Assembly (NCBI GenBank): GCA_938040725.1
Contig: CALHZX010000058.1
Location: 4,254 to 68,253 of the forward strand
DNA from: an uncultured Actinomyces sp.
GTDB lineage: Bacteria > Actinomycetota > Actinomycetes > Actinomycetales > Actinomycetaceae
Direction of reading: 5' to 3'
Length of the DNA: 64,000 nt
In this document: positions 28,476 to 39,096 of the stretch, piece after piece
How positions within the stretch are numbered: the first letter of the stretch is position 1
Layout: each line of letters begins with the position of its first letter
The notes under the pieces: generated by a model
What the model was told of the DNA's origin: nothing
What the model saw: the letters and a program-made list of their open reading frames with translations, nothing else
The model's database searches: none
Translations under genes and position numbers: made by a program

Positions 28476-29540
28476 ATGATCCGACGCGCGTACAACTGGG
28501 CTTTCACACACTTCATCTACCGTTCCGACCCGGAAGATGCACACCACCGGGGTCTGGGAGCAATTTCTCTGGCCGGCCGATTCGCCCCGACGCGCGGACT
28601 CATCCGCGCCACACTGGGCTACCTCGATCCCCACCACAGCCCTACCCGCATGATGAACGGAGTCGAGGTCCCCCTGACGCTGGGACAGCGCCGTCTGCCC
28701 TCGCGTCTGGGCCTGGCGGCCGGGATGGACAAGGACGCGCAGGCCGTGCTCGGCATGTGTGCCCTCGGCTACGCCTTCGTCGAAATCGGAACCGTCACCC
28801 CGCGCCCCCAACCCGGCAACGACGCCCCGCGTCTGTGGCGCCTCATGGAAGAGCGCGGCCTGCGCAACCGTATGGGCTTCAACAACGCCGGAGCAGACGC
28901 AGCCGCGGACAAGCTGCGCGAGCTGCGCTCAACATCCGCGGGCCGCGCCGCCATCGTTGGCGCCAACATCGGCAAGAACAAGGTGACCTCCGAGGAGGAC
29001 GCCCCGGCCGACTACGAGTACTGCGCGAAGACGTTGGCCCACTGGGTCGACTTCGTCGTCGTCAACGTCTCCTCCCCCAACACGCCCGGACTGCGTGACC
29101 TGCAGTCGGTCGATCACCTGCGCCCGATCCTGCAGGCAGCCCGCCGCGGCTGCGAGGCAGGGGCCCCCGACCGCGTCATGCCCCTCTTCGTCAAGATCGC
29201 CCCCGACCTCGCTGACGAGGACATCGTCGCCGTCGTCGAACTGACGAAGGAGCTCGGCCTGGCAGGTGTCGTCGCCACGAACACGACGATCAACCACGAC
29301 CTGGGCGAGGGCGGCGTCTCCGGCGCTCCGCTGCTGCCCCGCGCGCTCGAGGTCGTCTCACTGGTGGCTCGCCACCTCGACGAGGAACAAATCCTCATCG
29401 GAACCGGCGGCATCTCCTCACCCGAGGACGCGCTGCGCATGATCGGAGCGGGCGCCGACCTGGTCGAGGCCTTCTCCGCCTTCATCTTCGAGGGCCCGTC
29501 CTGGCCGGGCGAGGTCTCTCGCGCCCTCCAGCGCGCCTGA
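28476..29540 (+). CDS. pyrD: Quinone-dependent dihydroorotate dehydrogenase (class 2)
   Basis: GLAAGMDK, EIGTVTPRPQPGN..PR, NRMGFNN.G, NVSSPNTPGLR, KIAPDL, TNTT. Confidence 0.96.
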   Translation: MIRRAYNWAFTHFIYRSDPEDAHHRGLGAISLAGRFAPTRGLIRATLGYLDPHHSPTRMMNGVEVPLTLGQRRLPSRLGLAAGMDKDAQAVLGMCALGYAFVEIGTVTPRPQPGNDAPRLWRLMEERGLRNRMGFNNAGADAAADKLRELRSTSAGRAAIVGANIGKNKVTSEEDAPADYEYCAKTLAHWVDFVVVNVSSPNTPGLRDLQSVDHLRPILQAARRGCEAGAPDRVMPLFVKIAPDLADEDIVAVVELTKELGLAGVVATNTTINHDLGEGGVSGAPLLPRALEVVSLVARHLDEEQILIGTGGISSPEDALRMIGAGADLVEAFSAFIFEGPSWPGEVSRALQRA

Positions 29541-29547
29541 GGACGCC

Positions 29548-30426
29548 ATGATCATCGAACTGACCAGCGCGGATCTCGCCACAGACTCGCGCCTGGACGA
29601 CTACACGCGCCTCAAAGACGTCAAGCTTCGTTCCAAGATCGAGCCGGAACGCGGCCTGTACATGGCCGAATCTGCGAACGTCATCGAACGCGCCATCCGC
29701 GCGGGCCACCACCCACGCTCCTTCCTCATGTCCAAGCGCTGGCTGCCCACGCTTGAGGCGCTTATCGATGAAGCGACGGGTGCTCCCGATGGCGCGCAGG
29801 TTCCAGTCTTCGTCGCCGACGAAGACGTCCTCGAACAGATGACGGGCTTCCACCTGCACCGCGGCGCTCTGGCCGCCATGCAGCGCCCGATCCTGCCCTC
29901 TCTGGACGAACTACTCGCCACCGCGCGCGGCGGCCAGCCCGCTCGCCGCGTCGTCGTCCTAGAAAACCTCGTCGACCACACCAACGTGGGCGCAGCTTTC
30001 CGCTCCGCCGCCGCGCTCGGCGTGGACGCCGTCCTCGTCACCCCGCAGTGCGCCGACCCCCTCTACCGGCGATCCGTGCGCGTCTCCATGGGAACCGTCT
30101 TCCAGGTCCCGTGGACCAGACTGGAATCGTGGCCCGGGGACATCACGACCCTCCAGAAGGCCGGCTTCACCGTGGCCTCCCTGGCTCTGTCCGACAATTC
30201 CGTGTCCCTCGACGACTTTGCCTCGCTGCCGATCCTCCAAGGTCCCCACGCGCGCCTTGCCATGGTCATGGGCACCGAGGGTGACGGACTCGGGCGTCGC
30301 ACCATCGCAGCCTCCGACTACACCGTCAAAATCCCCATGGACCACGGAGTCGACTCGCTCAACGTCGCAGCCGCATCCGCCGTCGTCTTCTGGGCCACTA
30401 GGAGCATCGGCGCGCAGCAACACTGA
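29548..30426 (+). CDS. TrmH/SpoU family RNA methyltransferase
   Basis: DHTNVGAAFRSA, MGTEGDGL, IPM..GVDSLNVA SPOUT motifs. Confidence 0.93.
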   Translation: MIIELTSADLATDSRLDDYTRLKDVKLRSKIEPERGLYMAESANVIERAIRAGHHPRSFLMSKRWLPTLEALIDEATGAPDGAQVPVFVADEDVLEQMTGFHLHRGALAAMQRPILPSLDELLATARGGQPARRVVVLENLVDHTNVGAAFRSAAALGVDAVLVTPQCADPLYRRSVRVSMGTVFQVPWTRLESWPGDITTLQKAGFTVASLALSDNSVSLDDFASLPILQGPHARLAMVMGTEGDGLGRRTIAASDYTVKIPMDHGVDSLNVAAASAVVFWATRSIGAQQH

Positions 30427-30468
30427 GGTTATCAGCAAGGCGCGCCGCGACCGTCGCTGGACAACGAA

Positions 30469-30504
30469 ACGAGGCCGGAGCTGGAAACACAGCCCCGGCC
30501 TCGT
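30469..30504. terminator. Hairpin between the convergent TrmH and HAD genes
   Basis: acgaggccggagctg...cagccccggcctcgt. Confidence 0.6.
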
Positions 30505-30522
30505 CGTCGTATGTCCGACGGT

Positions 30523-31269
30523 TCAGCTCATGGATGCGACGATCTCGTCGATGACATGCACGCATTCTTCCCAGCCAGACACGGCGCGCGTCGCGTAGCC
30601 AGCGGCCTTGACCGGATAGTCGTTGCCTTCCGGATCGAGGCGATCACCGATGAAGAGCATCTCGGAGGCGGGAATTCCCGTCTCCTCGACGAGCTTGCCC
30701 ATGCCGTACGCCTTATCGATTCCGCGCGTCGTGATGTCGACCGAGGTCGAGCCACCTCCGCGCACATCAAGCTCAGGGACATCGGGCTGAACTGCGTCGC
30801 GCAGAGCCGCCTTCTTGGTGCCATCGGGATCCCAGGCACGCTTCGCATCGAGCGGCGCTTCCTGGCCGAGAGCAGAGAAGGTGATCTGCGAGCCGCGGTC
30901 TTCGATGATGTTGCCCCACGGATTGGACTCCCACAGGCCGAGCTCACGCGCGTGACTCTCAAGCGAGGCAACCGCGCGGGCAGCGACCTCGGGATCCAGG
31001 TCGTGGGCGTAACGCTCAACCCACGCGCCATCCTCGTAGCGGTAGTAGCGAGTGCCGCAGGTGGGCATCAGGTGCAGGCGCGCGAGTTCCTCGTCAGTGG
31101 CGTTCAGGTTCTCCAGCACCTGGGTGCGGAACTGCCCCATCTGACCACCGGAGATGATGCACACCTCCACGTGGTCGAGCAGGGAACGCAGCGCGACGTC
31201 CATGCGGGCGGGCAACGGCGACTTCGAGGGCGCCAGGGTGTCATCGAGATCAAAGGCAACGAGCTTCAC
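30523..31269 (-). CDS. HAD-IIB hydrolase, eukaryote-type phosphomannomutase-like
   Basis: FDLDDTL, ISGG, EDRGSQITFSALGQ, GGSTSVD, FIGDRLDPEGNDYP. Confidence 0.85.
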   Translation of the reverse strand: MKLVAFDLDDTLAPSKSPLPARMDVALRSLLDHVEVCIISGGQMGQFRTQVLENLNATDEELARLHLMPTCGTRYYRYEDGAWVERYAHDLDPEVAARAVASLESHARELGLWESNPWGNIIEDRGSQITFSALGQEAPLDAKRAWDPDGTKKAALRDAVQPDVPELDVRGGGSTSVDITTRGIDKAYGMGKLVEETGIPASEMLFIGDRLDPEGNDYPVKAAGYATRAVSGWEECVHVIDEIVASMS

Positions 31270-31278
31270 GATGCCACC

Positions 31279-31440
31279 CTAGTGCTTCGCAGCTTCGGCG
31301 GCTTCGATAGCGCGCTGTGCTGCCTCGGTCTCCTCGTCCGACGGGACAGAGAGAACCTGCAGCATGACGACGGAAGCGACGAGGCCACCCCAGACGAGCA
31401 GAATCGTCAGGATCATGAGGGCGATAGCGGGAGCGGTCAC
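31279..31440 (-). CDS. MetS-like small subunit of a methionine/alanine NSS importer (53 aa)
   Basis: Below the ORF-track cutoff. MTAPAIALMILTILLVWGGLVASVVML...; GTGA overlap with the NSS gene stop; GGAGG RBS. Confidence 0.85.
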   Translation of the reverse strand: MTAPAIALMILTILLVWGGLVASVVMLQVLSVPSDEETEAAQRAIEAAEAAKH

Positions 31441-33023
31441 TTGGCGCCTCCTTCGATCGAAGCGGTTTCGTCAGTGTCATCAGCGAGGATCTGAGCGACC
31501 GTCGCGTGGGTGTCCACCGGGCGATGCTTCCACGGAATGAACGTGAGGATCAGGGCGGCGACCACTGCAACCGCGACGGAGCCCCAGCCGAAGATCAGCA
31601 CGTAACTCGTCGGGTACTTGCCGTAGCCGTTCGTCAGGAGATCGACGATGGACATCGCCATCATGATGAACAGGACGAGCGGGATAACGATGCCAACGAG
31701 GGGCTCCCAGAGCTTGGGGACTTTCACACTGGACACCGAGTTGAGGTGGGCGCGCAGCACCCCGAGGCGGGGGCCGGCGACCGCGCACAGGACAGCGAAC
31801 ATGATCGCCGAGGACACAACACCAATCGAGTTGATGAAGTTGTCGACAATGTCGAGGTTGTTCAGGCCCGAGCGGGTACCGAAAAGCAGCAGGGAAATGA
31901 CGGTGGCGGGAACACCGAGGACCAGCGCCGAGCGGGCGGGCGACCAGCCGAACTTGTCCTGCAGGCCACCGGAGACGACCTGGAGGAGAGAGAGCAGTGA
32001 GGTCACGCCGGCCAGAACCAGCGACGAGAAGAAGAGGACGCCGAAAATCGGGCCGCCGGGCATCATCGAGATGATCTTCGGGAAGGTCACGAAGGAGAGG
32101 ATCGGGCCGGTCAGGCCCTCGACCTCGGAGACGCTCACGCCGCCCTGGTGTGCCATGAAGCCAACGGCGCTGAAGACGCCAATGCCCGCGAGGATCTCGA
32201 AGGACGAGTTCGCGAAGCCGGCCACGAGCGCGGTGCCGGTCAGGTTCGACTTGCGCTTCAGGTAGGAAGCGTAGGTCAGCATGATACCGAAGCCCACGGA
32301 CAGCGAGTAGAAGATCTGCGCGAAGGCGGCCAGCCAGACTTTGGGATCGGCGAGCGCGGCCCAGTTCGGGGTGAAGAAGGCGTTGAGGCCCTCAACGGCG
32401 CCGGGTAGGAAGAGCGCGCGAACGACGAGCGCCAGGAAGAGGATGACGAGCAGCGGGAGGAAGATCTTGTTGGCCGCCTCGACGCCCTTGGACAGGCCGC
32501 GTCCGATCACGAAGAGGACGAGGATCCACACGAGCGCGAGGGGAATCATCACCGACCAGGCGGGCGCCCAGGAGAACGTATCACCGGGGACAACCTGCAG
32601 GAACGTATCAGTGAAGAACGTCGTCGGGTCGTCGCCCCAGGCGGCGTTTACCGAGTAGATCGTGTACTGCACGCCCCACGCGAGGACCGCACCGTAGTAG
32701 ACCATGATGACGAAGCACACGAAGGTCTGGAACCAGCCGACGAACTCGCCGCCTCCGATAATCTTACGCAGCGCCCACGGCGGTGAACCGCGGAACTTGT
32801 GGCCGACCGCGTAGTCGAGCCACAGCATGGGGATACCAACGAAGACCAGTGCGACGAGGTACGGGATTAGGAAGGCGCCGCCGCCGTTGGAGTAGGAGAC
32901 GCCGGGGAAACGCCAGATGTTGCCCAGGCCGATGGCCGAGCCGATGGCTGCCAGGAGGAAGCCTGTCTGGCCGCTCCACGAGTCGCGCGCGCGAGGCGCG
33001 GATTTGGATGCGGAGGATGACAT
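31437..33023 (-). CDS. Sodium-dependent transporter, NSS family (MetP-like)
   Basis: AAIGSAIGLGNIWRFP, NGGGAFLIPY, QIFYSLSVGFG. Start reset to ATG 33023 behind AAGGA. Confidence 0.93.
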   Translation of the reverse strand: MSSSASKSAPRARDSWSGQTGFLLAAIGSAIGLGNIWRFPGVSYSNGGGAFLIPYLVALVFVGIPMLWLDYAVGHKFRGSPPWALRKIIGGGEFVGWFQTFVCFVIMVYYGAVLAWGVQYTIYSVNAAWGDDPTTFFTDTFLQVVPGDTFSWAPAWSVMIPLALVWILVLFVIGRGLSKGVEAANKIFLPLLVILFLALVVRALFLPGAVEGLNAFFTPNWAALADPKVWLAAFAQIFYSLSVGFGIMLTYASYLKRKSNLTGTALVAGFANSSFEILAGIGVFSAVGFMAHQGGVSVSEVEGLTGPILSFVTFPKIISMMPGGPIFGVLFFSSLVLAGVTSLLSLLQVVSGGLQDKFGWSPARSALVLGVPATVISLLLFGTRSGLNNLDIVDNFINSIGVVSSAIMFAVLCAVAGPRLGVLRAHLNSVSSVKVPKLWEPLVGIVIPLVLFIMMAMSIVDLLTNGYGKYPTSYVLIFGWGSVAVAVVAALILTFIPWKHRPVDTHATVAQILADDTDETASIEGGAK

Positions 33024-33206
33024 GAAGTGAATTCCTTGCATTCGTGTGTATACGGGATAATTCCCAGCCAGACTAGGGCCGATGTACCAGGAAGTCAGCC
33101 AGAGTCCACGATACAGACCGTGTTTTTGCACTCTTTTTTACGTAGTCTTGACACACTGCAGCTGCAGCGAGGGTGGACGCAAAGCATCAAACGGAGGACG
33201 AAACCG

Positions 33207-34145
33207 TTAGTCCACGAGCTCCAAGGCGTGGAAAAGCGCCGCAATACCAACGACGACGGGAAGCGACGCGAAGGTCGTCACGAGGACCGTTCCCTGCGCG
33301 ATCCGCTCCCCCGCCTTGGCACGCGTCGCAGCGATGTAGGCGTTCTGCGCGGAAGGCAGCGCCGCCATAATGGTCACCGACATGAGCGCAGGACCGGTCA
33401 AACCGAGCAGCATTCCGACGCCGCACGCGATCGCGGGCTGAAGCGCAAGCTTGCCGACGATGGCACAGGCGGTCGCAGCAATACCGGAATCCCCGGACGC
33501 AGAACGTCGATCCACGAGCGAGGCACCGAACGACAGAAGAATCATCGGGGGCGCGGCAGCCCCCAGCATGGACGTCGACACGTCGAGGAGGGTCGGCATC
33601 GGCCACCCCACAGCGGAAAACAGGAAACCGCACACCGCTGCGATGACCATCGGGTTGCGCGCGACGACCCTCGCAACGCCGACAATCGATGGCCGCTGCC
33701 CGGAGCCCACCAGGTCGGCCAGAACGAAGAACATCGGCGTAAAGAAACCCAGCTGGAACACCAGGATGGGAACGACCGCGGACGCGTCGTTCAGGACATA
33801 GACGGCGATCGGGATACCGATGTACGCGCCGTTATTCAGGGACGAGGCCATGGCCCCCAAAGCGATTTCGCCGCGTGTCAGGCGCAGGAAGAACCTGCCA
33901 ACAAGCGCGAACAGCAGCGCGGTGCCCACACCCGATGCGGCGGCCACGGCGAGCGGAACACCGAAGACTCCCGAGATCCCAGTAGAGACGATGGCGTGGA
34001 AGAGCATCGCGGGGCTGGCCACCCAATACGTTGCCGAGGCAAGTGCCCCTGCGGCCTCCGGGCCAAGTGCACCCCCACGACGAGCAACCCAGCCAACGCC
34101 GATGATGAGAGCGATCGACAGGACCGACCAGACGATCGAGGCCAT
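33207..34145 (-). CDS. AEC (auxin efflux carrier / malate permease) family transporter
   Basis: YWVASPAMLF, NGAYIGIPI, RNPMVIA, ALPSAQN. Start reset to ATG 34145. Confidence 0.88.
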   Translation of the reverse strand: MASIVWSVLSIALIIGVGWVARRGGALGPEAAGALASATYWVASPAMLFHAIVSTGISGVFGVPLAVAAASGVGTALLFALVGRFFLRLTRGEIALGAMASSLNNGAYIGIPIAVYVLNDASAVVPILVFQLGFFTPMFFVLADLVGSGQRPSIVGVARVVARNPMVIAAVCGFLFSAVGWPMPTLLDVSTSMLGAAAPPMILLSFGASLVDRRSASGDSGIAATACAIVGKLALQPAIACGVGMLLGLTGPALMSVTIMAALPSAQNAYIAATRAKAGERIAQGTVLVTTFASLPVVVGIAALFHALELVD

Positions 34146-34161
34146 GCGAGCAGGAAACCCG

Positions 34162-35316
<1,155 letters not shown>

Positions 35317-35465
35317 TCACGGTCGTCAGGACAATGGTAGCGGCCCCCACCTGCGGGTGCGTCTGCATGTGATCGACAAGGCCGGAGCGTGGACTCGTGG
35401 CAACGGCACGCTGGTGGTCACTTATCCTTGTTCATATCAGCTGATACGCGAGGGAGGTTCGGACC

Positions 35466-36167
35466 ATGGTACGCATCGCTGTCGTTGAGGACGAGGCACT
35501 CTCTCGTCAACTCCTCGCCGACTACCTTGCCCGCTACAGCGACGAAAACGACGTCACTTTTGACATCACCTACTTTCAGGACGGTGGCGCGATTATCGGC
35601 GGCTACAAGCCGGTCTACGACATCATCCTCATGGACATCCAGATGACGAACGTGGATGGTATGACCGCTGCCCGGGCAATTCGCGAGGTCGACCAGGAGG
35701 TCATCCTCGTCTTCATCACATCCGCTGCGCAGTTCGCGATTCACGGCTACCAGGTGGGGGCACTCTCCTACCTCATGAAGCCTCTGCCCTGGTTCGCGTT
35801 CTCGCAGGAACTCTCACGCTACCTCGAGGCCGTTGCCAAGCGGCGCCGCGCCTCGGTCCTCCTGCAGTCGGGCACGTCGACCCACCGCATCGACGTCGCG
35901 GACATCGTCTACGTCGAGTCGATTAAGCACCGCCTGGACGTGCACACGGTCTCCGGTACGTATTCGATCACTTCCTCACTGAAGGCCATGGAGGAACAGC
36001 TTGCCGGTCACGACTTTTTCCGTTCAACTTCGTGCTACCTCGCGCACGTGCGCTCCGTCGCCGACCAGGAGTGCCTCATGACGGGCGGGGACAGCCTGCG
36101 CATTTCCCGGCCTCGTAAGAAGGCGTTCATGACGGCTCTGGCGAGCTTCGCGGGCGGGATCCACTGA
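35466..36167 (+). CDS. LytTR family response regulator
   Basis: Receiver domain VEDE/MDIQM..VDG/YLMKP plus LytTR domain IVYVES, FFR...CYL, ISRPRKK. Confidence 0.93.
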   Translation: MVRIAVVEDEALSRQLLADYLARYSDENDVTFDITYFQDGGAIIGGYKPVYDIILMDIQMTNVDGMTAARAIREVDQEVILVFITSAAQFAIHGYQVGALSYLMKPLPWFAFSQELSRYLEAVAKRRRASVLLQSGTSTHRIDVADIVYVESIKHRLDVHTVSGTYSITSSLKAMEEQLAGHDFFRSTSCYLAHVRSVADQECLMTGGDSLRISRPRKKAFMTALASFAGGIH

Positions 36168-36168
36168 C

Positions 36169-37527
36169 GTGTTCGAGTCCCTGCCGGACATCCCGCGCCT
36201 GTTCACCGCCCTGGCCGAATGGGGCGCTGCCCTCGTGTATGTGTTCGTCGTCGCGCGCTCGGCGTCGTCGAACGCCCTGAACCCACACACTGCCGTCCCC
36301 CGCTGGCGCCTCGGTACCGCCGCGGTCGGTGGCCTCGCAGTACTCGTCGGCGCTCAGGAGGCGCTCGGCCACGCTCCCCTGTCCCTGTGGGTACCGGGCA
36401 TGATAACGGCTTACGCTCTCATGTGGAGTGTCATCCGTCTGGGAACTGCACTGGACTGGCGCTGGGTGACCCACATGAGCACACGCGCTTTCATCGTCGC
36501 AGAGCTCGCTGCCTCCCTCGCCTGGCAGGTCGTCGTCTACACAGACGCCAACAAGCCTTTCTGGCACCCAGCATCCCTCGTCGGATACACGGCGATCTCA
36601 GCGACATGCCTGGGGGTCGTCTACTACTTTGAACGACGCGTCTGCCGCCAGGGGGCACTTCCCGTCTTGCGCCTCGCAGACCTTGCCTCGGCTGTATTCA
36701 TTGGCATCGCCATCTTCGCCCTCTCCAACCTCAGCTTCATCTCAACGGAAACCCCGTTCTCAGGACGCTCCGGCTTGGAGATGTTCTACATCCGCACGCT
36801 TGTTGACCTGGCGGGCTACGCGATTCTCTTCGCCCAGTTTGAGCGCATCCAGCAAAGTGCGACGGAGCGCGAGCTGGCTTCCATCCAGGCCTCCCTCGAT
36901 GCCCAACACCACCAGTACCTGGCCGCCAAAGAGGACATGGAACAGGTGGCCCGCGCTCACCACGACCTCAAGCACCAGGTCGCAGCAATTCGAGCGGAGC
37001 TGGATCCGGAGCGCGCCGCCACCTCGTTTGCAGAACTCGAGTCCTCGATCGAGCAGATCGGTCAGCAGTATCACAGTGGCAATGCTGTTCTCGACGTTGT
37101 CCTCACCACGAAGGGGCGCGCGTGCGCAGCCGCCGCCATCAATTTCACGGCGGTTGCCGACGGCGCACTTCTGGGCACCATGTCGTCGATGGATATCGCC
37201 ACGCTCTTCGGCAACGCGCTCGATAACGCGATCGAGGCCTCGCGCCGCGTCGACGACCCTGCCAAACGCCTCATCAAGCTCGCGCTCTTCCGCCAGGGCC
37301 AGATGCTGGTCATCCGGGTCGACAACTGGTACGACGGTCGCCTCAACACGGACGCCGGCGGGCGACTGACGACGATCAAACCCGACACCGTCCGGCACGG
37401 GTGGGGCGTCAAATCCATCCAGTGGACGGCCCGCAAGTACGGTGGGCAAGCGGTCACGGATGTCACCGACCACTGGTTCACATTGACGGTGCTGCTTCCA
37501 GTAACAAACCCACAAGAGGACGAATGA
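36169..37527 (+). CDS. Multi-TM GHKL sensor histidine kinase (AgrC/VirS-like)
   Basis: About six TM helices; HHDLKHQ H-box, GNAVLDVVL, LFGNALDNAIEA, HGWGVKSI. Confidence 0.92.
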   Translation: MFESLPDIPRLFTALAEWGAALVYVFVVARSASSNALNPHTAVPRWRLGTAAVGGLAVLVGAQEALGHAPLSLWVPGMITAYALMWSVIRLGTALDWRWVTHMSTRAFIVAELAASLAWQVVVYTDANKPFWHPASLVGYTAISATCLGVVYYFERRVCRQGALPVLRLADLASAVFIGIAIFALSNLSFISTETPFSGRSGLEMFYIRTLVDLAGYAILFAQFERIQQSATERELASIQASLDAQHHQYLAAKEDMEQVARAHHDLKHQVAAIRAELDPERAATSFAELESSIEQIGQQYHSGNAVLDVVLTTKGRACAAAAINFTAVADGALLGTMSSMDIATLFGNALDNAIEASRRVDDPAKRLIKLALFRQGQMLVIRVDNWYDGRLNTDAGGRLTTIKPDTVRHGWGVKSIQWTARKYGGQAVTDVTDHWFTLTVLLPVTNPQEDE

Positions 37528-38045
37528 CGATCATCGACACACCACGCTTGCGCTTGCGCCCCTGGAGCGATGCGGACGCATCCGCCCTCTTCGAGCTCGC
37601 CCGCGATCCCCGCATCGGGATGCTGTGCGGATGGAAACCCTTCGAGTGCATCGACGATGCCCACGAGGCGCTGTCGACCGTCCTGGCGGCACCCGACAGC
37701 TACGCGGTGACGCTCGGCTCGACCGGTGAAATCGTGGGCTCGATCGCGCTGCGCATTGACACAGACTCCCCCGAGGCAACCGTCGCTGACATCGGATACT
37801 GGATCGGCGCACCCTACTGGGGCAACGGATACGCGACGGAGGCGGGGCACGCCATCATCGAGCGTGCGCGTGAGCTGGGCGTTTTGACGATCGTCCTGAA
37901 GTACTTCGACGGAAACGACGCGTCGCGCCGGGTCTCCGAAAAGCTCGGCTTTACGTGGCGAAGCCGCGAGGAGGACGTGGAATATCCGCTCATCGGCAAG
38001 CGTCTCACCGTCCATCGAACGGAGCTGGCGCTCGCCGCGCGCTGA
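37524..38045 (+). CDS. GNAT acetyltransferase, RimJ/RimL-like
   Basis: TPRLRLRPW, IGYWIGAPYWGNGYATEA, NDASRRVSEKLGF; ATGA overlap with the kinase gene. Confidence 0.9.
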   Translation: MTIIDTPRLRLRPWSDADASALFELARDPRIGMLCGWKPFECIDDAHEALSTVLAAPDSYAVTLGSTGEIVGSIALRIDTDSPEATVADIGYWIGAPYWGNGYATEAGHAIIERARELGVLTIVLKYFDGNDASRRVSEKLGFTWRSREEDVEYPLIGKRLTVHRTELALAAR

Positions 38046-38054
38046 GGGTGTTTC

Positions 38055-39065
38055 TCAGTTGAAGCCGAGGACAGCCGACGCGACCTTGTAGCCGCCGCGA
38101 ACGACCTTCGGGGAGGCGTGGCGCACGAGGCCGGCGAGCAGGTCCTGGCGCAGGCGGTCCGTGGCCTCGGGGTTGATCTGATCCATGGTCTCCCAGATCT
38201 GCTCCTTGAGGGCCAGGTGCTCGGGTGTGCCCGACAGCTGAGCCATGACGGAGCAGACGACGGCGTTGATACGCAGGTAGTGGACCATGTAGCGCCACAG
38301 CTTGCCCTCGATCTCGGCGCGTGGAGGCAGCGCACGGGTCATCGCCTCGTTCACCCGCGCGAGCTGGTCCAAGCGCGTGATCATGACCTTCTCGTTGACG
38401 GACTGGTCGTCGCGGCCGATGAAGTAGTGGTACAGGTCCACGTCCAGGTAGCGGATCGTGGAAATGTAGGGCAGCGGCACGAACGAGTAGAGGTAGTCCA
38501 CGTAGAACGTGTGCTCGGGCATGATCAGGCCGGAGGCGCGCACGACCTCGGTGCGCATCGTCAGGGCGTGCATCATGAGGTACTGGTCGTAGCGGCAGCG
38601 GCGCAGGTCGGCCCACCCGAAGGTGCGTCCGCGAGGTAGAACGTTGCGGTAGCGGATGACGGCCTTCACCGACTTTCCCTGCTTGTCGTAGACGTAGTTG
38701 GTGACAAGCAGGTCCAGGTCGCGCCCGGCCTCGCGTTCCTCGCGCAGGACGTCGAGAACGGCGTTCGTCGCACGGCGGTCCAGCCAGTCATCGGAGTCGA
38801 CGACGCGCACGTGCGTGCCGGTGGCAGCGGCGAGGCCGGCGTTGACGGCACCGCCGTGTCCCTTGTTCTCCTGGTGGATGACTGTCACGGAGGGGTATCG
38901 AGCGGCCCACTCGTCGGCGATCTGGGCAGTACGGTCCTTCGAACCGTCGTTGACGATAATCGCCTCGAGTTCATCGCCGTATCCGACGAGCGTCGTCAGT
39001 GCCCGGTCGAGGTAATCCTCGGAATTGTAGGCGGGCACGATCACCGTCAGCAGCGGCGCATTCAT
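38055..39065 (-). CDS. Glycosyltransferase family 2
   Basis: VPAYNSE, VNDGSKD, NKGHGGAVN.G, VVDSDDW, MHAL, EHTFYVD, YFIGRDDQSVNE. Start reset to ATG 39065 behind AGGAG. Confidence 0.92.
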   Translation of the reverse strand: MNAPLLTVIVPAYNSEDYLDRALTTLVGYGDELEAIIVNDGSKDRTAQIADEWAARYPSVTVIHQENKGHGGAVNAGLAAATGTHVRVVDSDDWLDRRATNAVLDVLREEREAGRDLDLLVTNYVYDKQGKSVKAVIRYRNVLPRGRTFGWADLRRCRYDQYLMMHALTMRTEVVRASGLIMPEHTFYVDYLYSFVPLPYISTIRYLDVDLYHYFIGRDDQSVNEKVMITRLDQLARVNEAMTRALPPRAEIEGKLWRYMVHYLRINAVVCSVMAQLSGTPEHLALKEQIWETMDQINPEATDRLRQDLLAGLVRHASPKVVRGGYKVASAVLGFN

Positions 39066-39096
39066 GGCGTCTCCTCTCGTGAAGTCTGCCAATAGT

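Noticed and set aside
33024..33206. Possible SAM or T-box riboswitch upstream of the MetPS-like transporter
   Set aside because: I could not recognise SAM-I/IV or T-box consensus elements by eye; an Infernal search would be needed.
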